Positions 18,903-30,887 of a DNA stretch of 64,000 nucleotides are shown piece by piece. A program made the translations under genes and the position numbers. The number at the start of each line of letters is the position of its first letter. Positions within the stretch are counted from its first letter, which is position 1. Where the stretch lies: positions 576,001 to 640,000 of the forward strand of contig CAWCDG010000004.1 of assembly GCA_963794325.1 (NCBI GenBank). Reading direction: 5' to 3'. This DNA is from an uncultured delta proteobacterium. GTDB lineage: Bacteria > Desulfobacterota > Binatia > Binatales > Binataceae. The notes under the pieces are model-generated. The model saw nothing but the letters and a program-made list of their open reading frames with translations, had not been told where the DNA came from and searched no databases.

Positions 18903-19409
18903 CTATTGAATCGGAACAGGTGTAGGCACGACGAAATTTTCAGGATTGGGCGGCGCCGACGCATTCTTGCGGACGATCGTCACGTCGTTGGACGGCTCGC
19001 TGACGTAACCGTCGGTGGTGCCGGAGGTCACCTGGTAATGATAGGTCTTGCCCATAATCGTCGAGCCGTCGATGAACTCGAATGTATTTTGGACCTGGAA
19101 ACGGCCCTGGTCGTTCACCTGGATGTCGCCGATCTTCGCGGCGGGCTTGCCCTCCTCCGCACGCGAGATTGTGAAGCTGCCGAGGTCCTTCATCTTCGCG
19201 CCACCGGCGTAGTTTTCAGGGCGATCCCAGGACAAGCGAATACCCTCTTTCGCGTTGGCGGCCTCGAGGCTGGCGATTTTTTCGGGACGTGCAGCCTCCG
19301 GTGGTATCGGCTGTGACTTGACGCCGCATCCGATGACGATCGCGCTGGCGAATGCGGCGATCGCCACTGTGAGCGTCAACCAATTCGCACGATGGTTTTC
19401 CCGATTCAT
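18903..19409 (-). CDS. Lipoprotein with LptM/YifL-like CGxK..PxP motif and fibronectin type III-like domain
   Basis: IVIGCGVKSQPIPPE lipobox; LSWD, YHYQV, SEPSN; lies between argH and lysA. Confidence 0.75.
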   Translation of the reverse strand: MNRENHRANWLTLTVAIAAFASAIVIGCGVKSQPIPPEAARPEKIASLEAANAKEGIRLSWDRPENYAGGAKMKDLGSFTISRAEEGKPAAKIGDIQVNDQGRFQVQNTFEFIDGSTIMGKTYHYQVTSGTTDGYVSEPSNDVTIVRKNASAPPNPENFVVPTPVPIQ

Positions 19410-20788
19410 CGACGTCCGAGCTCCTTGAGGCGGCGCTTGACTGTGGACGGTGCCGGACCGCCTTCGATAGTGCGCCGCGCGATCGAGTTTTCCGCTCGAA
19501 GAAGCGCGATAGCATCGGCGCCAAACGCGCTCGAATGCTGCCGCAACTCGTCGATACTCAAATCTTCGAGCGTTCTGTCCGCTTGGGCTGTCTCGCGAAC
19601 GATAGCACCGACGATTTCATGCGCCTCGCGAAATGAAGTGCCGCGACCGACCAGGTATTCCGCAAGATCCGTGGCCAGCGCAAATCCGCCGGCCGCTGCG
19701 CGCATGCGCTTCGGGTCAAAGCGGAGCGCCGGCCACAACTTCGCAAACAGATCGAGCGCCGGCTTCAACGCGTCCAGCGCATCGAACACGCGCTCCTTGT
19801 CTTCCTGCAAGTCCGAATTATAGGCGAGCGGCAGGCCTTTCAAGACCGTCAGCATCGCGACCAGATCGCCAATCACGCGGCCAGTCTTGCCGCGAATCAG
19901 TTCGAGCAGGTCGGGATTCTTTTTCTGAGGCATCATCGAGCTGCCCGTCGAGAATTCATCGGGAAGCGCGGCGAAGGCGAACTCCGCGGTCGTCCAGAGA
20001 ATTATTTCCTCGCTCATGCGTGACAGATGCACCTGCGTGAGCGCGGCGGCCGAGAGAAAATCCACGACGAAGTCGCGATCCGACACCGCGTCCATGCTGT
20101 TGTTGGTGATCGCCTTGAATCCGAGCGCACGCGCGACCATCCGGCGATCGAGACGAAGCGTCGTACCAGCTAAAGCGCCTGCGCCAAGCGGCATGACAGC
20201 GGTGCGCGCCGCGGCCTGCTCGAAACGCTCGCGATCCCGCCCGAGCATTTCGACGTATGCAAGCAGATGATGCGCGAGCGTCACCGGCTGTGCCCGTTGC
20301 ATATGCGTATAACCGGGCATGATCGTGGCGACGTGTCGCCGCGCGAGCCGAATGAGCGTCGCGCGCAATTCGGCGACCAGCGCGATCACGCCGGCAATCT
20401 CGTCGCGCAGGAACAGGCGCATGTCGAGTGCGACCTGATCGTTGCGCGAGCGCCCGGTGTGCAGCATGCGCCCCGGCTCGCCAATCGATGCGATCAGCCG
20501 GCGCTCGATCGCGAGATGGATATCTTCATCTGCGATATCGAACTTGAACCGTCCACCAGCGATCTCATTTTCGATGCGCTCGAGTCCGCCGACGATCGCC
20601 CGCAGCTCGTTCGCCTTTAGCAATCCAACCTTCGCGAGCATTTGCGCGTGCGCGATCGATCCACGAATGTCGTGCCGAAAAAGCCGCCGGTCGAACGGCA
20701 ACGACGCCGTGAATTCTTCGACCTCGGGCAGACGGCCGCGCGCAAATCTTCCGCGGATGAGATTTTTCCGGCTGCGACGCACTTTCAC
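19406..20788 (-). CDS. argH: Argininosuccinate lyase
   Basis: GRF, HTGRSRNDQV, GYTHMQRAQP, GSSMMPQKKNPD; start taken at GTG 20788. Confidence 0.96.
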   Translation of the reverse strand: MKVRRSRKNLIRGRFARGRLPEVEEFTASLPFDRRLFRHDIRGSIAHAQMLAKVGLLKANELRAIVGGLERIENEIAGGRFKFDIADEDIHLAIERRLIASIGEPGRMLHTGRSRNDQVALDMRLFLRDEIAGVIALVAELRATLIRLARRHVATIMPGYTHMQRAQPVTLAHHLLAYVEMLGRDRERFEQAAARTAVMPLGAGALAGTTLRLDRRMVARALGFKAITNNSMDAVSDRDFVVDFLSAAALTQVHLSRMSEEIILWTTAEFAFAALPDEFSTGSSMMPQKKNPDLLELIRGKTGRVIGDLVAMLTVLKGLPLAYNSDLQEDKERVFDALDALKPALDLFAKLWPALRFDPKRMRAAAGGFALATDLAEYLVGRGTSFREAHEIVGAIVRETAQADRTLEDLSIDELRQHSSAFGADAIALLRAENSIARRTIEGGPAPSTVKRRLKELGRR

Positions 20789-20822
20789 GATCAGACGAGC
20801 TGGGCGGTCCGCGACGCGATAG

Positions 20823-21002
20823 TCAATTGAGCGGCCGTAACTGGCACGAGCATCCGCGCGCCGCACAACTCATCGATCCGTCGGGATGCGTGATGTGGAC
20901 GTCCAGCTTGTGATGGCAGTGGTCGCAATCTCCGGTGCGCGGCGGACGAGGCACCAGCTTGGGCTGCGAGCGCACTGGTTTGAACTGGATGACTTTGCCC
21001 AA
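20823..21002 (-). CDS. 59-aa Cys/His-rich microprotein (RGCVC-family-like zinc finger)
   Basis: Manual translation MGKVIQFKPVRSQPKLVPRPPRTGDCDHCHHKLDVHITHPDGSMSCAARGCSCQLRPLN; TTG start with AAGGA upstream; fills the argG-argH gap; below the ORF-track cutoff. Confidence 0.7.
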   Translation of the reverse strand: MGKVIQFKPVRSQPKLVPRPPRTGDCDHCHHKLDVHITHPDGSMSCAARGCSCQLRPLN

Positions 21003-21007
21003 CTCGA

Positions 21008-22225
<1,218 letters not shown>

Positions 22226-22240
22226 GATTCTTAACGCGCG

Positions 22241-23185
22241 TCACTCCGGCGACGGCGAAGTAGTCTGCAAAATTTCGGGACGTATCAGCCAGACCATCAC
22301 GGCTTTCTGCGCATGCAGCCGGTTCTCAGCCTGATCGAGCACGACCGAGCGCGGGCCGTCGATCACGTCGTCGGTGATTTCCTCGCCACGATGCGCCGGC
22401 AGGCAATGCATCACAATCGCGCCCTTGCGCGCATGCTTCATCAACGCGTCGTTGACCTGAAAGCCCTTGAAGTCGCGCCGTCGCTGCACCGCTTCCTTCT
22501 CGCGGCCCATCGAGGTCCACGTATCAGTGTAAACGACGTCGGCGTCCTTCACCGCCTCGGCGGGATCGTCGGTGAGCGTGCCGATCTCTTCGTTGCGCAG
22601 GCGCTTCATGAAATCCTTATCGGGCTCGTAGCCCTTGGGACTCGCGAGCCGAAGCTCGAATCCCGCGAGCGCCGCCGCTTCGATCCAGCTCTGCGCGAGG
22701 TTGAAGCCGTCGCCCACGAACGCGACGCGCACTTTCCTGAGATCGCGTCCGAACCGTTCCTGCAGCGTCATCAGATCGGCGAGCAACTGGCATGGATGCA
22801 GCAAATCGGTGAGCCCGTTGATGACCGGGACGCTTGCTTCGCGCGCCAGCTCGACCGCGGTCTCATGCGAGAAAGTGCGAATCATGATCAAATCCACGGC
22901 GCGGGAAATGTTGCGCGCGACATCCTTGACCGATTCGCGCTCTCCGATACCGATATCATTCGGCGCGAGATAAATCGCATGCCCACCAAGCTGCGCCATC
23001 CCCGTCTCGAAAGTGACTCGCGTCCGCAGCGACGGCTTTTGAAATACCATCGCGAGCGTGCGGCCGCGCAGGTACGGATGTTCGAGTCCGATCTTGAGCT
23101 CGGCCTTCAGGCGCGCGCCGAGCGCGAGCAGTCCGTTGAGTTCCGCCGTCGATAGCGAGCTGAGATCGAGAAGGTCGCGTTTCAT
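22241..23185 (-). CDS. argF: Ornithine carbamoyltransferase
   Basis: KPSLRTR, HPCQ, DTWTSMG, HCLPAHRG, AENRLH. Confidence 0.95.
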   Translation of the reverse strand: MKRDLLDLSSLSTAELNGLLALGARLKAELKIGLEHPYLRGRTLAMVFQKPSLRTRVTFETGMAQLGGHAIYLAPNDIGIGERESVKDVARNISRAVDLIMIRTFSHETAVELAREASVPVINGLTDLLHPCQLLADLMTLQERFGRDLRKVRVAFVGDGFNLAQSWIEAAALAGFELRLASPKGYEPDKDFMKRLRNEEIGTLTDDPAEAVKDADVVYTDTWTSMGREKEAVQRRRDFKGFQVNDALMKHARKGAIVMHCLPAHRGEEITDDVIDGPRSVVLDQAENRLHAQKAVMVWLIRPEILQTTSPSPE

Positions 23186-24381
23186 TTCGGGACTGGCACG
23201 CTCTTGAGCGCACTCTCGATAATCGCGAGGCCGGCGTCCGCTTCCTCGCGGGTGAGGTTCAGCGGCGGCAACAATCGCAGCACGTTGCCCGCAGTGCCAT
23301 TGACGAGCAGGCGGTGCTTGAGGCACGCCTCGACAATCGGACGCGGATCGTGCTTGAGCACCACCCCGATGATCATGCCGAGTCCGCGGACCTCGACGAT
23401 CCGATCGCACGAGCGCGCAAATTTACGGAGCCGCTCGAGGATATAGCCGCCGACGCTCGACGCGTTCTCGAGTACGCCGTCCTGCTCGAGCGCGTCGATC
23501 ACGCCGAGCGCTGCGGCGCATGCCACCGGATTTCCGCCGAAGGTGCTGCCATGGCTGCCCGGTGTGAAGCTCGACGCAATTTCGGCCTTCGCGATCATCG
23601 CGCCGATCGGAAGGCCACCGCCGAGCGCCTTGGCCAGCGTCACGATGTCGGGTTTGATGCTGACGTGCTCGTAGGCGAAGAAGCGGCCCGTGCGGCCCAA
23701 TCCGGTTTGTATTTCGTCGAGTATCAGCAGCAGCTTGTTGCGATCGCACCAGTCGCGCAGTCGCTTCAGGTAATCCGCGTGCGGCACGACCACGCCGCCC
23801 TCGCCCTGGATCGGCTCGACCATCACGCCGACGGTTTCGTCGCGCCGCGCACGGTCGAGCGCCGCGAGATCGTCGAATGGCACGAATCTGAAGCCGGGCA
23901 TCATCGGCTGAAACCCCTGATGGTACCGCTCCTGGCCGGTCGCGCTCACAGTCGCGAGGGTGCGTCCGTGGAATGAGCCGAGCGTCGTCACAATCTCGAA
24001 GCGCCCGCCGCCGGTGTCGCTGCCCCATCGTCGCGCGAGCTTTATCGCAGCCTCGTTGGCCTCGGCTCCACTGTTTCCTAAAAAGACCTGTCCGTTGCCG
24101 AAATGATTCGCCAGCCGCTCGACCAGTCGCGCCGTCGGCTCGGTATGAAAAACGTTGGAGACGTGCGTGAGCTTTTCCGCCTGTTCCTTGATCGCGCGCA
24201 CGACGCGCGGATTTCCGTGACCGAGGCTGGTGACCGCGAGGCCGCAGAAAAAATCGAGATAGCGGTTGCCGTCGGCGTCATAAAGATACGCGCCGTTGCC
24301 GCGCGCGAAGGCGAGCGGAAGGCATCCGTAAACGTCCACCATGTTGCGATGCGTGAGTTCTATTATCTCGGCGTTATTCAT
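23182..24381 (-). CDS. argD: Acetylornithine aminotransferase
   Basis: NSGAEANE, FHGRT, EPIQGEGG, DEIQTG, AKALGGG. Confidence 0.95.
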   Translation of the reverse strand: MNNAEIIELTHRNMVDVYGCLPLAFARGNGAYLYDADGNRYLDFFCGLAVTSLGHGNPRVVRAIKEQAEKLTHVSNVFHTEPTARLVERLANHFGNGQVFLGNSGAEANEAAIKLARRWGSDTGGGRFEIVTTLGSFHGRTLATVSATGQERYHQGFQPMMPGFRFVPFDDLAALDRARRDETVGVMVEPIQGEGGVVVPHADYLKRLRDWCDRNKLLLILDEIQTGLGRTGRFFAYEHVSIKPDIVTLAKALGGGLPIGAMIAKAEIASSFTPGSHGSTFGGNPVACAAALGVIDALEQDGVLENASSVGGYILERLRKFARSCDRIVEVRGLGMIIGVVLKHDPRPIVEACLKHRLLVNGTAGNVLRLLPPLNLTREEADAGLAIIESALKSVPVPK

Positions 24382-25319
24382 CGAGCTTTGCCGGCCTGTG
24401 CGCTCCGAGCGGTGTTCCTCAACGCCGACACTTTGGCGCGGCGCTGCACCACTTCGGTGCCGATTCCGGAGCGGGTGAAGATTTCGAGCAGGACAGCGTG
24501 CTTGTTGCGGCCGTCGATAATGTGGGTCTTCGCGACGCCCTTGTTCAGCGCCTCGATGCAACATTCGACCTTCGGAATCATCCCTTCATGAATCACGCCG
24601 CGCGCGATCAGGCGGCGCGCTTCGGCCGCGTCGAGGGTCGAGAGCAGTTTGCCGTCTTTATCTTTTACGCCTTCGACGTCGCTCAGCAGAATCAATTTTT
24701 CCGCCTTGAGCGCGGCTGCGATTTCGCCCGCCGCGGTGTCGGCGTTGATGTTGTAAGTCTGGCCGTCGCGGCCGAACCCGGTTGGCGCGATCACCGGAAT
24801 AAAATTGCTCGCCTCGAGCGTGCGCAACACTTCCGGATTGACGCGATCGACTTCACCGACGAGGCCGATATCGACCCGCGAGCGTTTGCCGTTGTCGTCG
24901 GTGACGACCATCCGCATCTTGCGCGAGCGAATCAGGTCGCCGTCCTTGCCCGACAGCCCGACCGCGCGGCCGCCCATCCGAGAAATCGTCGCAACGAGGT
25001 CCTTGTTGATTCTCTGAAGGACCATCTCGGCCGCTTCCATCGTCGCCGGATCGGTCACGCGCATTCCGCGCACGAAACGCGACTTGAGCCCGAGCTTGCC
25101 GATCAGTTCGGTAATTTGTGGGCCGCCGCCGTGCACGACAATCGGGTTGATGCCGACCAAATCGAGCAGCACGACTTCCTGCGCAAAACTTTCGCGCATC
25201 TCCTCGGTCTGCATCGCATGCCCGCCGTACTTGATGACGAACGTTTTCCCGCGAAAGCGCCGAATATACGGCAGCGCTTCGATCAGCACGTCGGCTCGAT
25301 TGTGGGTAGCCTCTTTCAC
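24378..25319 (-). CDS. argB: Acetylglutamate kinase
   Basis: EALPYI, IKYGGHAM, HGGGPQI, NINAD, GMIPK. Confidence 0.96.
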   Translation of the reverse strand: MKEATHNRADVLIEALPYIRRFRGKTFVIKYGGHAMQTEEMRESFAQEVVLLDLVGINPIVVHGGGPQITELIGKLGLKSRFVRGMRVTDPATMEAAEMVLQRINKDLVATISRMGGRAVGLSGKDGDLIRSRKMRMVVTDDNGKRSRVDIGLVGEVDRVNPEVLRTLEASNFIPVIAPTGFGRDGQTYNINADTAAGEIAAALKAEKLILLSDVEGVKDKDGKLLSTLDAAEARRLIARGVIHEGMIPKVECCIEALNKGVAKTHIIDGRNKHAVLLEIFTRSGIGTEVVQRRAKVSALRNTARSAQAGKAR

Positions 25320-25423
25320 GCCCTAAGAGTTTCTCCAAAAAGAGAAATCAAAACAGTATTACACGCGCGGTGCAATGTGTTGCCTGCGTGGCGGTTAACA
25401 CCACTGTACCGGATGGACGGGAG

Positions 25424-26794
25424 CTACAGGATATAGCGCGACAAATCTTCGTCCTTGACGATTTCGTCGAGGCGGCCGTGAACGTATGCGGCGTCGATAG
25501 TCAGGTCGCGATCCGGCAGCTCCGGCGCGTTGAATGAGAGCTCTTCGAGCAGGCGTTCGAGCACCGTATGCAGCCGGCGTGCGCCTATATTCTCCGAGCG
25601 CCCGTTCACCTTGGCCGCGATTTCCGCCAACGCCGCGACGCCGTCCTCGGTGAAGCGCATGTGCACGCCCTCGGTCTCCATCAGCGCGACGTATTGGCGG
25701 GTCAACGCGTTCTCCGGCTCGGTCAGGATACGGATGAAGTCCTCTCGCGTGAGCGCCTTAAGCTCGACGCGAATCGGAAAGCGTCCCTGGAACTCTGGAA
25801 TCAGGTCCGACGGCTTCGAGGTGTGAAATGCCCCCGACGCGACAAACAAAATGTGGTCGGTCTTGACCGCGCCGTATTTCGTATTGACGGTCGAGCCTTC
25901 GACAATCGGCAGCAGATCGCGCTGCACGCCTTCGCGCGAGACATCCGGCCCGTGCGATTCGCGTCCGGCGATTTTGTCGATCTCGTCGATGAACACGATG
26001 CCCGATTGCTCGGCGCGCGTGACGGCCTCGTGCGCGACCGCGTCCATGTCCACCAGCCGCGCCGCTTCCTCCACGGTCAGCAACTCGAGCGCCTCGGGGA
26101 TTTTCACCTTGCGCGTGCGCGTCTTCTTGGGCATGAGCTGATTCATCAGCTCCTTCATGTTGAGGCCCATCTCCTCCATGCCTTGCGGCGTGAAGACTTC
26201 AATATTCGGCACGGCGTTCGCGCTGACTTCGAGCTCGACCTCGCGATCGTCAAGATGGCCGCCGTTGAGCAGCTTGCGCAATTTCTCGCGCGTGTCCTTG
26301 TGCGAGTTATTGTCCACTGCCTCGATATTCCCCTCGGGCGTGATACCGGCGGGACGGCGAACTTTGGTCGGGGCCGGGAACAGGATATCGAGCAATCGCT
26401 CCTCGGCATTCTCGCGCGCCTTGACCGCCACGCGATCGCGCGCCTCGTCGCGGACCATCTTGACCGCGATTTCTGCGAGATCGCGAATCATCGACTCGAC
26501 GTCGCGCCCGACGTAGCCGACCTCGGTGTAGCGCGAGGCTTCCACCTTGACGAATGGCGCCTGCGCCAGCCGCGCGAGTCGTCGAGCAATTTCCGTCTTG
26601 CCGACACCGGTCGGCCCGATCATCAGGATATTCTTGGGCGCGATTTCGTCGCGCAACTCGGGCGCGACATTCTGCCGGCGCCATCGATTGCGCAAGGCGA
26701 TCGCAACTGCGCGCTTCGCGTCATGCTGTCCGACGATATAGCGGTCGAGCTCCGAGACAATCTCGCGCGGCGTCATCACTTGGGGAACTGACAT
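25424..26794 (-). CDS. hslU: ATP-dependent protease ATPase subunit HslU
   Basis: [43 protein letters not shown]. Confidence 0.97.
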   Translation of the reverse strand: MSVPQVMTPREIVSELDRYIVGQHDAKRAVAIALRNRWRRQNVAPELRDEIAPKNILMIGPTGVGKTEIARRLARLAQAPFVKVEASRYTEVGYVGRDVESMIRDLAEIAVKMVRDEARDRVAVKARENAEERLLDILFPAPTKVRRPAGITPEGNIEAVDNNSHKDTREKLRKLLNGGHLDDREVELEVSANAVPNIEVFTPQGMEEMGLNMKELMNQLMPKKTRTRKVKIPEALELLTVEEAARLVDMDAVAHEAVTRAEQSGIVFIDEIDKIAGRESHGPDVSREGVQRDLLPIVEGSTVNTKYGAVKTDHILFVASGAFHTSKPSDLIPEFQGRFPIRVELKALTREDFIRILTEPENALTRQYVALMETEGVHMRFTEDGVAALAEIAAKVNGRSENIGARRLHTVLERLLEELSFNAPELPDRDLTIDAAYVHGRLDEIVKDEDLSRYIL

Positions 26795-26814
26795 TGGCTG
26801 GAAACTTCCTGAGG

Positions 26815-27387
26815 CTACAGCTCTTCGAAGACGAATTGGTCGTTGGTGTAAACGCAGATTTCCGACGCGATTTTCATCGCGCTTTCGGCGATCTGCCGGG
26901 CCGTCATGCCTGAGCCATGCCGAATCAGCGCGCGTGCGGCAGACAGCGCATAGTTGCCGCCGGATCCGATCGCCAATATTCCATCGTCGGCCTCGAGCAC
27001 ATCCCCGACGCCGGAGATAAGCAGCGAGCTCTCCTTGTCTGCGACTACCAGCATCGCCTCGAGCCGCCGCAGGATTCGATCGGTGCGCCAATCCTTGGCC
27101 AGCTCGACCGCCGCGCGCCGGAGCACTCCATTGTATTCCTGCAGCTTCGATTCGAACTTGTCGAATAGCGTCAGCGCATCCGCGGTCGATCCCGCGAAAC
27201 CCGCCAGCACGCGATCCTGATGCAGCCGGCGCACTTTCTTCGCCTTGCCTTTCATGATCGTTTGGCCGACGGTCACCTGCCCGTCACCCGCCATTACGAC
27301 GTGCCCTTCGTGGCGCACGCTCAGAATCGTGGTGTGGCGAAACACGACGCCCGGCTCGATACCTCTGTCAGACTCGTGGAAAGGCAC
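26815..27387 (-). CDS. hslV: ATP-dependent protease subunit HslV
   Basis: [33 protein letters not shown]. Confidence 0.96.
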   Translation of the reverse strand: MPFHESDRGIEPGVVFRHTTILSVRHEGHVVMAGDGQVTVGQTIMKGKAKKVRRLHQDRVLAGFAGSTADALTLFDKFESKLQEYNGVLRRAAVELAKDWRTDRILRRLEAMLVVADKESSLLISGVGDVLEADDGILAIGSGGNYALSAARALIRHGSGMTARQIAESAMKIASEICVYTNDQFVFEEL

Positions 27388-28297
27388 GTCGATAAACCTC
27401 TTTCAAATGATTCACGCTCACATGAGTATAGCGCTGCGTGGTCGCCAAACTCGCATGCCCGAGCATCTCCTGTATCGATCGCAAATCGGCGCCATTGCCA
27501 AGCATATGCGTTGCGAACGAGTGACGCAGCCCGTGCGGTGTGACGCCCGCGGTGAGCCCGGCGGCCTCGATTCTCTTCTGTAGAATCATTTCGACGCTGC
27601 GCGTGGTCAGCCGTCCGCCGCGAAGATTCGTGATGACGGGACCATCATGCTCCCATGCCACCGGCATCGCAGTCTTCCACTTTTTCAATGCGTCCAGGGC
27701 GGGCTCGCCGAGCGGCACGAGACGATCCTTGTTACCCTTGCCCGCTCGGACCATCACCATTCCAAGCTCTTCGTCGATATCGCGCCAGTTGAGGCCGACC
27801 AGCTCGCCGACGCGCAGGCCTGACGAGTACAGCGTCTCGAAGATCGCGCGATCGCGGATGGAGGCGGGCGTGGAGTCGTCGGGCGATGACGAAAATTCGA
27901 GCAGGCGGCGAACTTCGTCCTCCTGCAATATCGAAGGCAGGCCCCTGACGTTCTTGGGCGAGCGAATCGTGCGCGCAGGACTTGCGGCGCCAATCGTCGT
28001 CTCGCGATAACGGAAAAACGCCTTGATCGCGCTCAGCCGGCGTTGAACGGTGGCCCGAGCAGCATTGTTTTTCATCAGTTCAGCAAGGTAGCTGCGGACA
28101 TGATCTGCCGTGATACTTGCGACCTCGATCTCGTCGAGACGCTTGCCCAATATCGCCGCCCGCTCGATCAGAAAACTTCGGAACGCTAGCAGGTCGCGGC
28201 GATAGTTCGTCACGGTATTGTCGGCGGCGCGCGACGCTTTTTTCAGTGCGCCAGCAAACGCCTCGACCTCGGCTCCCATCATCTCGCGCGCACCCAT
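27368..28297 (-). CDS. xerC: Tyrosine recombinase XerC
   Basis: [37 protein letters not shown]; xerC-hslV-hslU synteny. Confidence 0.9.
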   Translation of the reverse strand: MGAREMMGAEVEAFAGALKKASRAADNTVTNYRRDLLAFRSFLIERAAILGKRLDEIEVASITADHVRSYLAELMKNNAARATVQRRLSAIKAFFRYRETTIGAASPARTIRSPKNVRGLPSILQEDEVRRLLEFSSSPDDSTPASIRDRAIFETLYSSGLRVGELVGLNWRDIDEELGMVMVRAGKGNKDRLVPLGEPALDALKKWKTAMPVAWEHDGPVITNLRGGRLTTRSVEMILQKRIEAAGLTAGVTPHGLRHSFATHMLGNGADLRSIQEMLGHASLATTQRYTHVSVNHLKEVYRRAFPRV

Positions 28298-28378
28298 CTG
28301 AGCCGTTATGCTATCAGCGGCGATTCGACCGACAAAGCGCGCTTTTTTCGTGCGACACCAAGAACCCCAGCCTTAGCT

Positions 28379-28669
28379 ATGAACTGTTGGCATTGCGCGA
28401 AAAAAATCGAAGTCGTCACCGGTGAGCGCATCGGTTTTCGCGACGAATGCCCCGGATGCGGCCGCGCGCTACATTCATGCCGCAACTGCGGGTTTTACGA
28501 TCCGTCGTACAACAACAGTTGCCGGGAGACGATGGCGGAGCGGGTGGTTGACAAGGAACGTTTCAACTTCTGCGAGTATTTTATTCCGAGCGACGCGACT
28601 GCCAAGCCGCCCGTGAAAAGCCAAAAGACCGGCGCGCAGGACAAGCTGGAGGCTCTTTTCAAAAAGTAA
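28379..28669 (+). CDS. Hypothetical Cys-rich (zinc-binding) protein
   Basis: CWHC, CPGC, CRNC..Y, NFCEYF motifs. Confidence 0.8.
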   Translation: MNCWHCAKKIEVVTGERIGFRDECPGCGRALHSCRNCGFYDPSYNNSCRETMAERVVDKERFNFCEYFIPSDATAKPPVKSQKTGAQDKLEALFKK

Positions 28670-28679
28670 TAAAAAAATC

Positions 28680-29108
28680 ATGACACCGCGAAGACTCCAG
28701 CTTCATGACCGATGCGCCGAGCTTCTTTTCGTCGCGGCGTTAGCTTCGATCGTTGCCACCGGATGCCATCCCGCGAACAGCGCGCGTGGCGTCGTAGATC
28801 GCTTCATCGATCAATACTATGTAGCGATCGATCTGAAGGCGGCCGAGCCATTCTGCACCGGACTCGCGCTCGACAAGCTGCATAAAGAGATGACGCTGAT
28901 CGGGAATCAGAAAATCGACGAGAACACGCGCAAGCCAGTCGTGCACTACAAGCTGACCGCCGAGCGCGACGCCACCGACCATATCGAGTTCCTGTTCCGC
29001 GCGACCATCGACGTGCCCGAAGGCGGCACCTTCAATCGCAACTGGCTGATAACGGCGCGCAAAGACGCCGACACGTGGAAAGTCTCGAACTTCGATGACT
29101 ATGAGTAA
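28680..29108 (+). CDS. Hypothetical lipoprotein
   Basis: Lipobox VATGC; co-oriented with glmU. Confidence 0.7.
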   Translation: MTPRRLQLHDRCAELLFVAALASIVATGCHPANSARGVVDRFIDQYYVAIDLKAAEPFCTGLALDKLHKEMTLIGNQKIDENTRKPVVHYKLTAERDATDHIEFLFRATIDVPEGGTFNRNWLITARKDADTWKVSNFDDYE

Positions 29109-30525
29109 CGTCGCCGCGATCATCCTCGCCGCCGGCAAGGGCACAAGGATGCGTTCGCAGCGCGCCAAGGTGCTGCACGAGCTGGGCGGAGAACCGATGA
29201 TTGCGCGCGCGGTTCGCGCAGCCGCCACACTTGAGCCTGATCCAATCGTAATCGTCGTCGGGCATCAGGCGCATGAAGTCGAAGCTGCGGTAAATCTCCC
29301 GAACGCGCGATTCGCGCTCCAGGAGCCCCAGCGCGGCACAGGCGACGCCGCGCGATGCGGGCTCGATCAGCTACCCGCGAACTTCACCGGTGACGTGTTG
29401 ATCACTTACGGCGATATGCCGGCGATCAAGCCGTCAACCCTGCGCGCGTTTCTGGACGCCCATCGTAAGCGCGGCGCAAAGCTCTCGTTCATCAGTATCG
29501 TTCTCGACGATCCCGCTGCGTACGGCCGCGTGATTCGCGGTGCTAGTGGCAACGTCGAGAAAATCGTCGAGTTCCGCGACGCGTCATCCACTGAGCGCGC
29601 CGTCAAGGAAATCAACACCGGGTGTTACCTGGTCGATAGCAATCTGCTTCGTTCTGCGCTGGCGGAACTGAAGCCCGCCAATGCGCAGGATGAGTACTAC
29701 CTGACCGATATCGTCGCGATTGCGCGTGCGCGCAATCAAAAAGTCGAAGCGTGGGTTGCTGACGACCCGGCGGAATTCGCCGGAATCAACTCGCGCGAGG
29801 AGCTGGCAAATATGGAAGCGGAAATTCGTGCAGCGGTTAATCGAAAGCTGATGCGGTCCGGCGTGACGATTGTCGATCCCGCAACCGCCTATATTTCCGA
29901 ACAAGCGGAAATCGCGCCGGATTGCGTGATCGGTCCCAACGTCCAGATTCTCGGCGCGTGCCGCATCGGCGAGGGCGTCCGAATCGACGGCACCGCGTGG
30001 CTGAGCAACGTGACAGTTGGCCCGCGATGCCATCTGAAGCTGGGCGTGCGCGCCGAAGATTGCGTCATCGGCGAGGAATCCGAAATCGGCCCGTTCGCGC
30101 ATCTGCGCGCCGGCACCGAATTACTCGGACACAATCGCATCGGCAATTTCGTCGAGACCAAAAAGGCGCGCCTCGGACGCGGCACCAAGGCCAGTCACCT
30201 GAGCTACCTCGGCGACGCCACGATCGGCGACGACACCAACGTCGGATGCGGCGTTATCACGGTGAACTACGACGGCTACGACAAGCATCACACGGAAATC
30301 GGCGACCGCTGCATGGTCGGATGCGACACCCAGCTGGTCGCGCCAGTAAAGGTCGGCAGCGACGTGTACGTCGCGTCCGGCACGACGATTATTCGCGAAG
30401 TTCCCGACGGCTCGCTGGTGATGTCGCATCACCCGCAGCGCGAAAAGTCCGGCTGGATGGCAACCTGGCGCAAGCGCCACAACGACAGCCCCGATGGGAG
30501 TTTGCGGCGTAAGAAGGATCACTAA
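29101..30525 (+). CDS. glmU: Bifunctional UDP-GlcNAc pyrophosphorylase / glucosamine-1-phosphate acetyltransferase
   Basis: ILAAGKGTRM, EYYLTD, GNFVETK, HLSYLGD, NYDG; hexapeptide repeats. Confidence 0.97.
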   Translation: MSNVAAIILAAGKGTRMRSQRAKVLHELGGEPMIARAVRAAATLEPDPIVIVVGHQAHEVEAAVNLPNARFALQEPQRGTGDAARCGLDQLPANFTGDVLITYGDMPAIKPSTLRAFLDAHRKRGAKLSFISIVLDDPAAYGRVIRGASGNVEKIVEFRDASSTERAVKEINTGCYLVDSNLLRSALAELKPANAQDEYYLTDIVAIARARNQKVEAWVADDPAEFAGINSREELANMEAEIRAAVNRKLMRSGVTIVDPATAYISEQAEIAPDCVIGPNVQILGACRIGEGVRIDGTAWLSNVTVGPRCHLKLGVRAEDCVIGEESEIGPFAHLRAGTELLGHNRIGNFVETKKARLGRGTKASHLSYLGDATIGDDTNVGCGVITVNYDGYDKHHTEIGDRCMVGCDTQLVAPVKVGSDVYVASGTTIIREVPDGSLVMSHHPQREKSGWMATWRKRHNDSPDGSLRRKKDH

Positions 30526-30609
30526 GACTCGTCGCTTGAACTCGGTCGGCTGAACGAGAATAATCAACACAACGAGGTGACGGTCGAGCGATAGAAAATA
30601 AGAATCGAG

Positions 30610-30765
30610 AGTAGCGCCAGGACTCGCGGCCCTTACACGCTGCGAGTTGACGAGGTGGAAGCAGTATCGAAAGATTCGGCGGATGGCTTCCCGGCTCCAC
30701 AGTCGATAGAGGCGAGAATTGAAACCGTGCGGTTGACCGCGCGACAAAATGCGCCTCGAGTGGCA
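30610..30765 (+). ncRNA. glmS ribozyme (GlcN6P-activated self-cleaving riboswitch)
   Basis: A^GCGCC cleavage site (30613/30614), P1 ACTCGCGG..CTGCGAGT, then TGACGAGG, TATCGA..TCGGCGGA and a P4-like hairpin; directly upstream of glmS. Confidence 0.92.
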
Positions 30766-30887
30766 GAGCATCCGGCTCTGACGTGATCTTCTAAACTCTC
30801 CATACAAACATTTCGCTATCGTTTTCGCTCCGTCTGCGAGTTCGGATAACTCTGCAAACTTCCCTCGCGGGAAAGGAGAGAGCGATC

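Noticed and set aside
27368-28297. Tyrosine recombinase as a prophage or island integrase
   Set aside because: Sits in the housekeeping xerC-hslV-hslU arrangement with host codon usage
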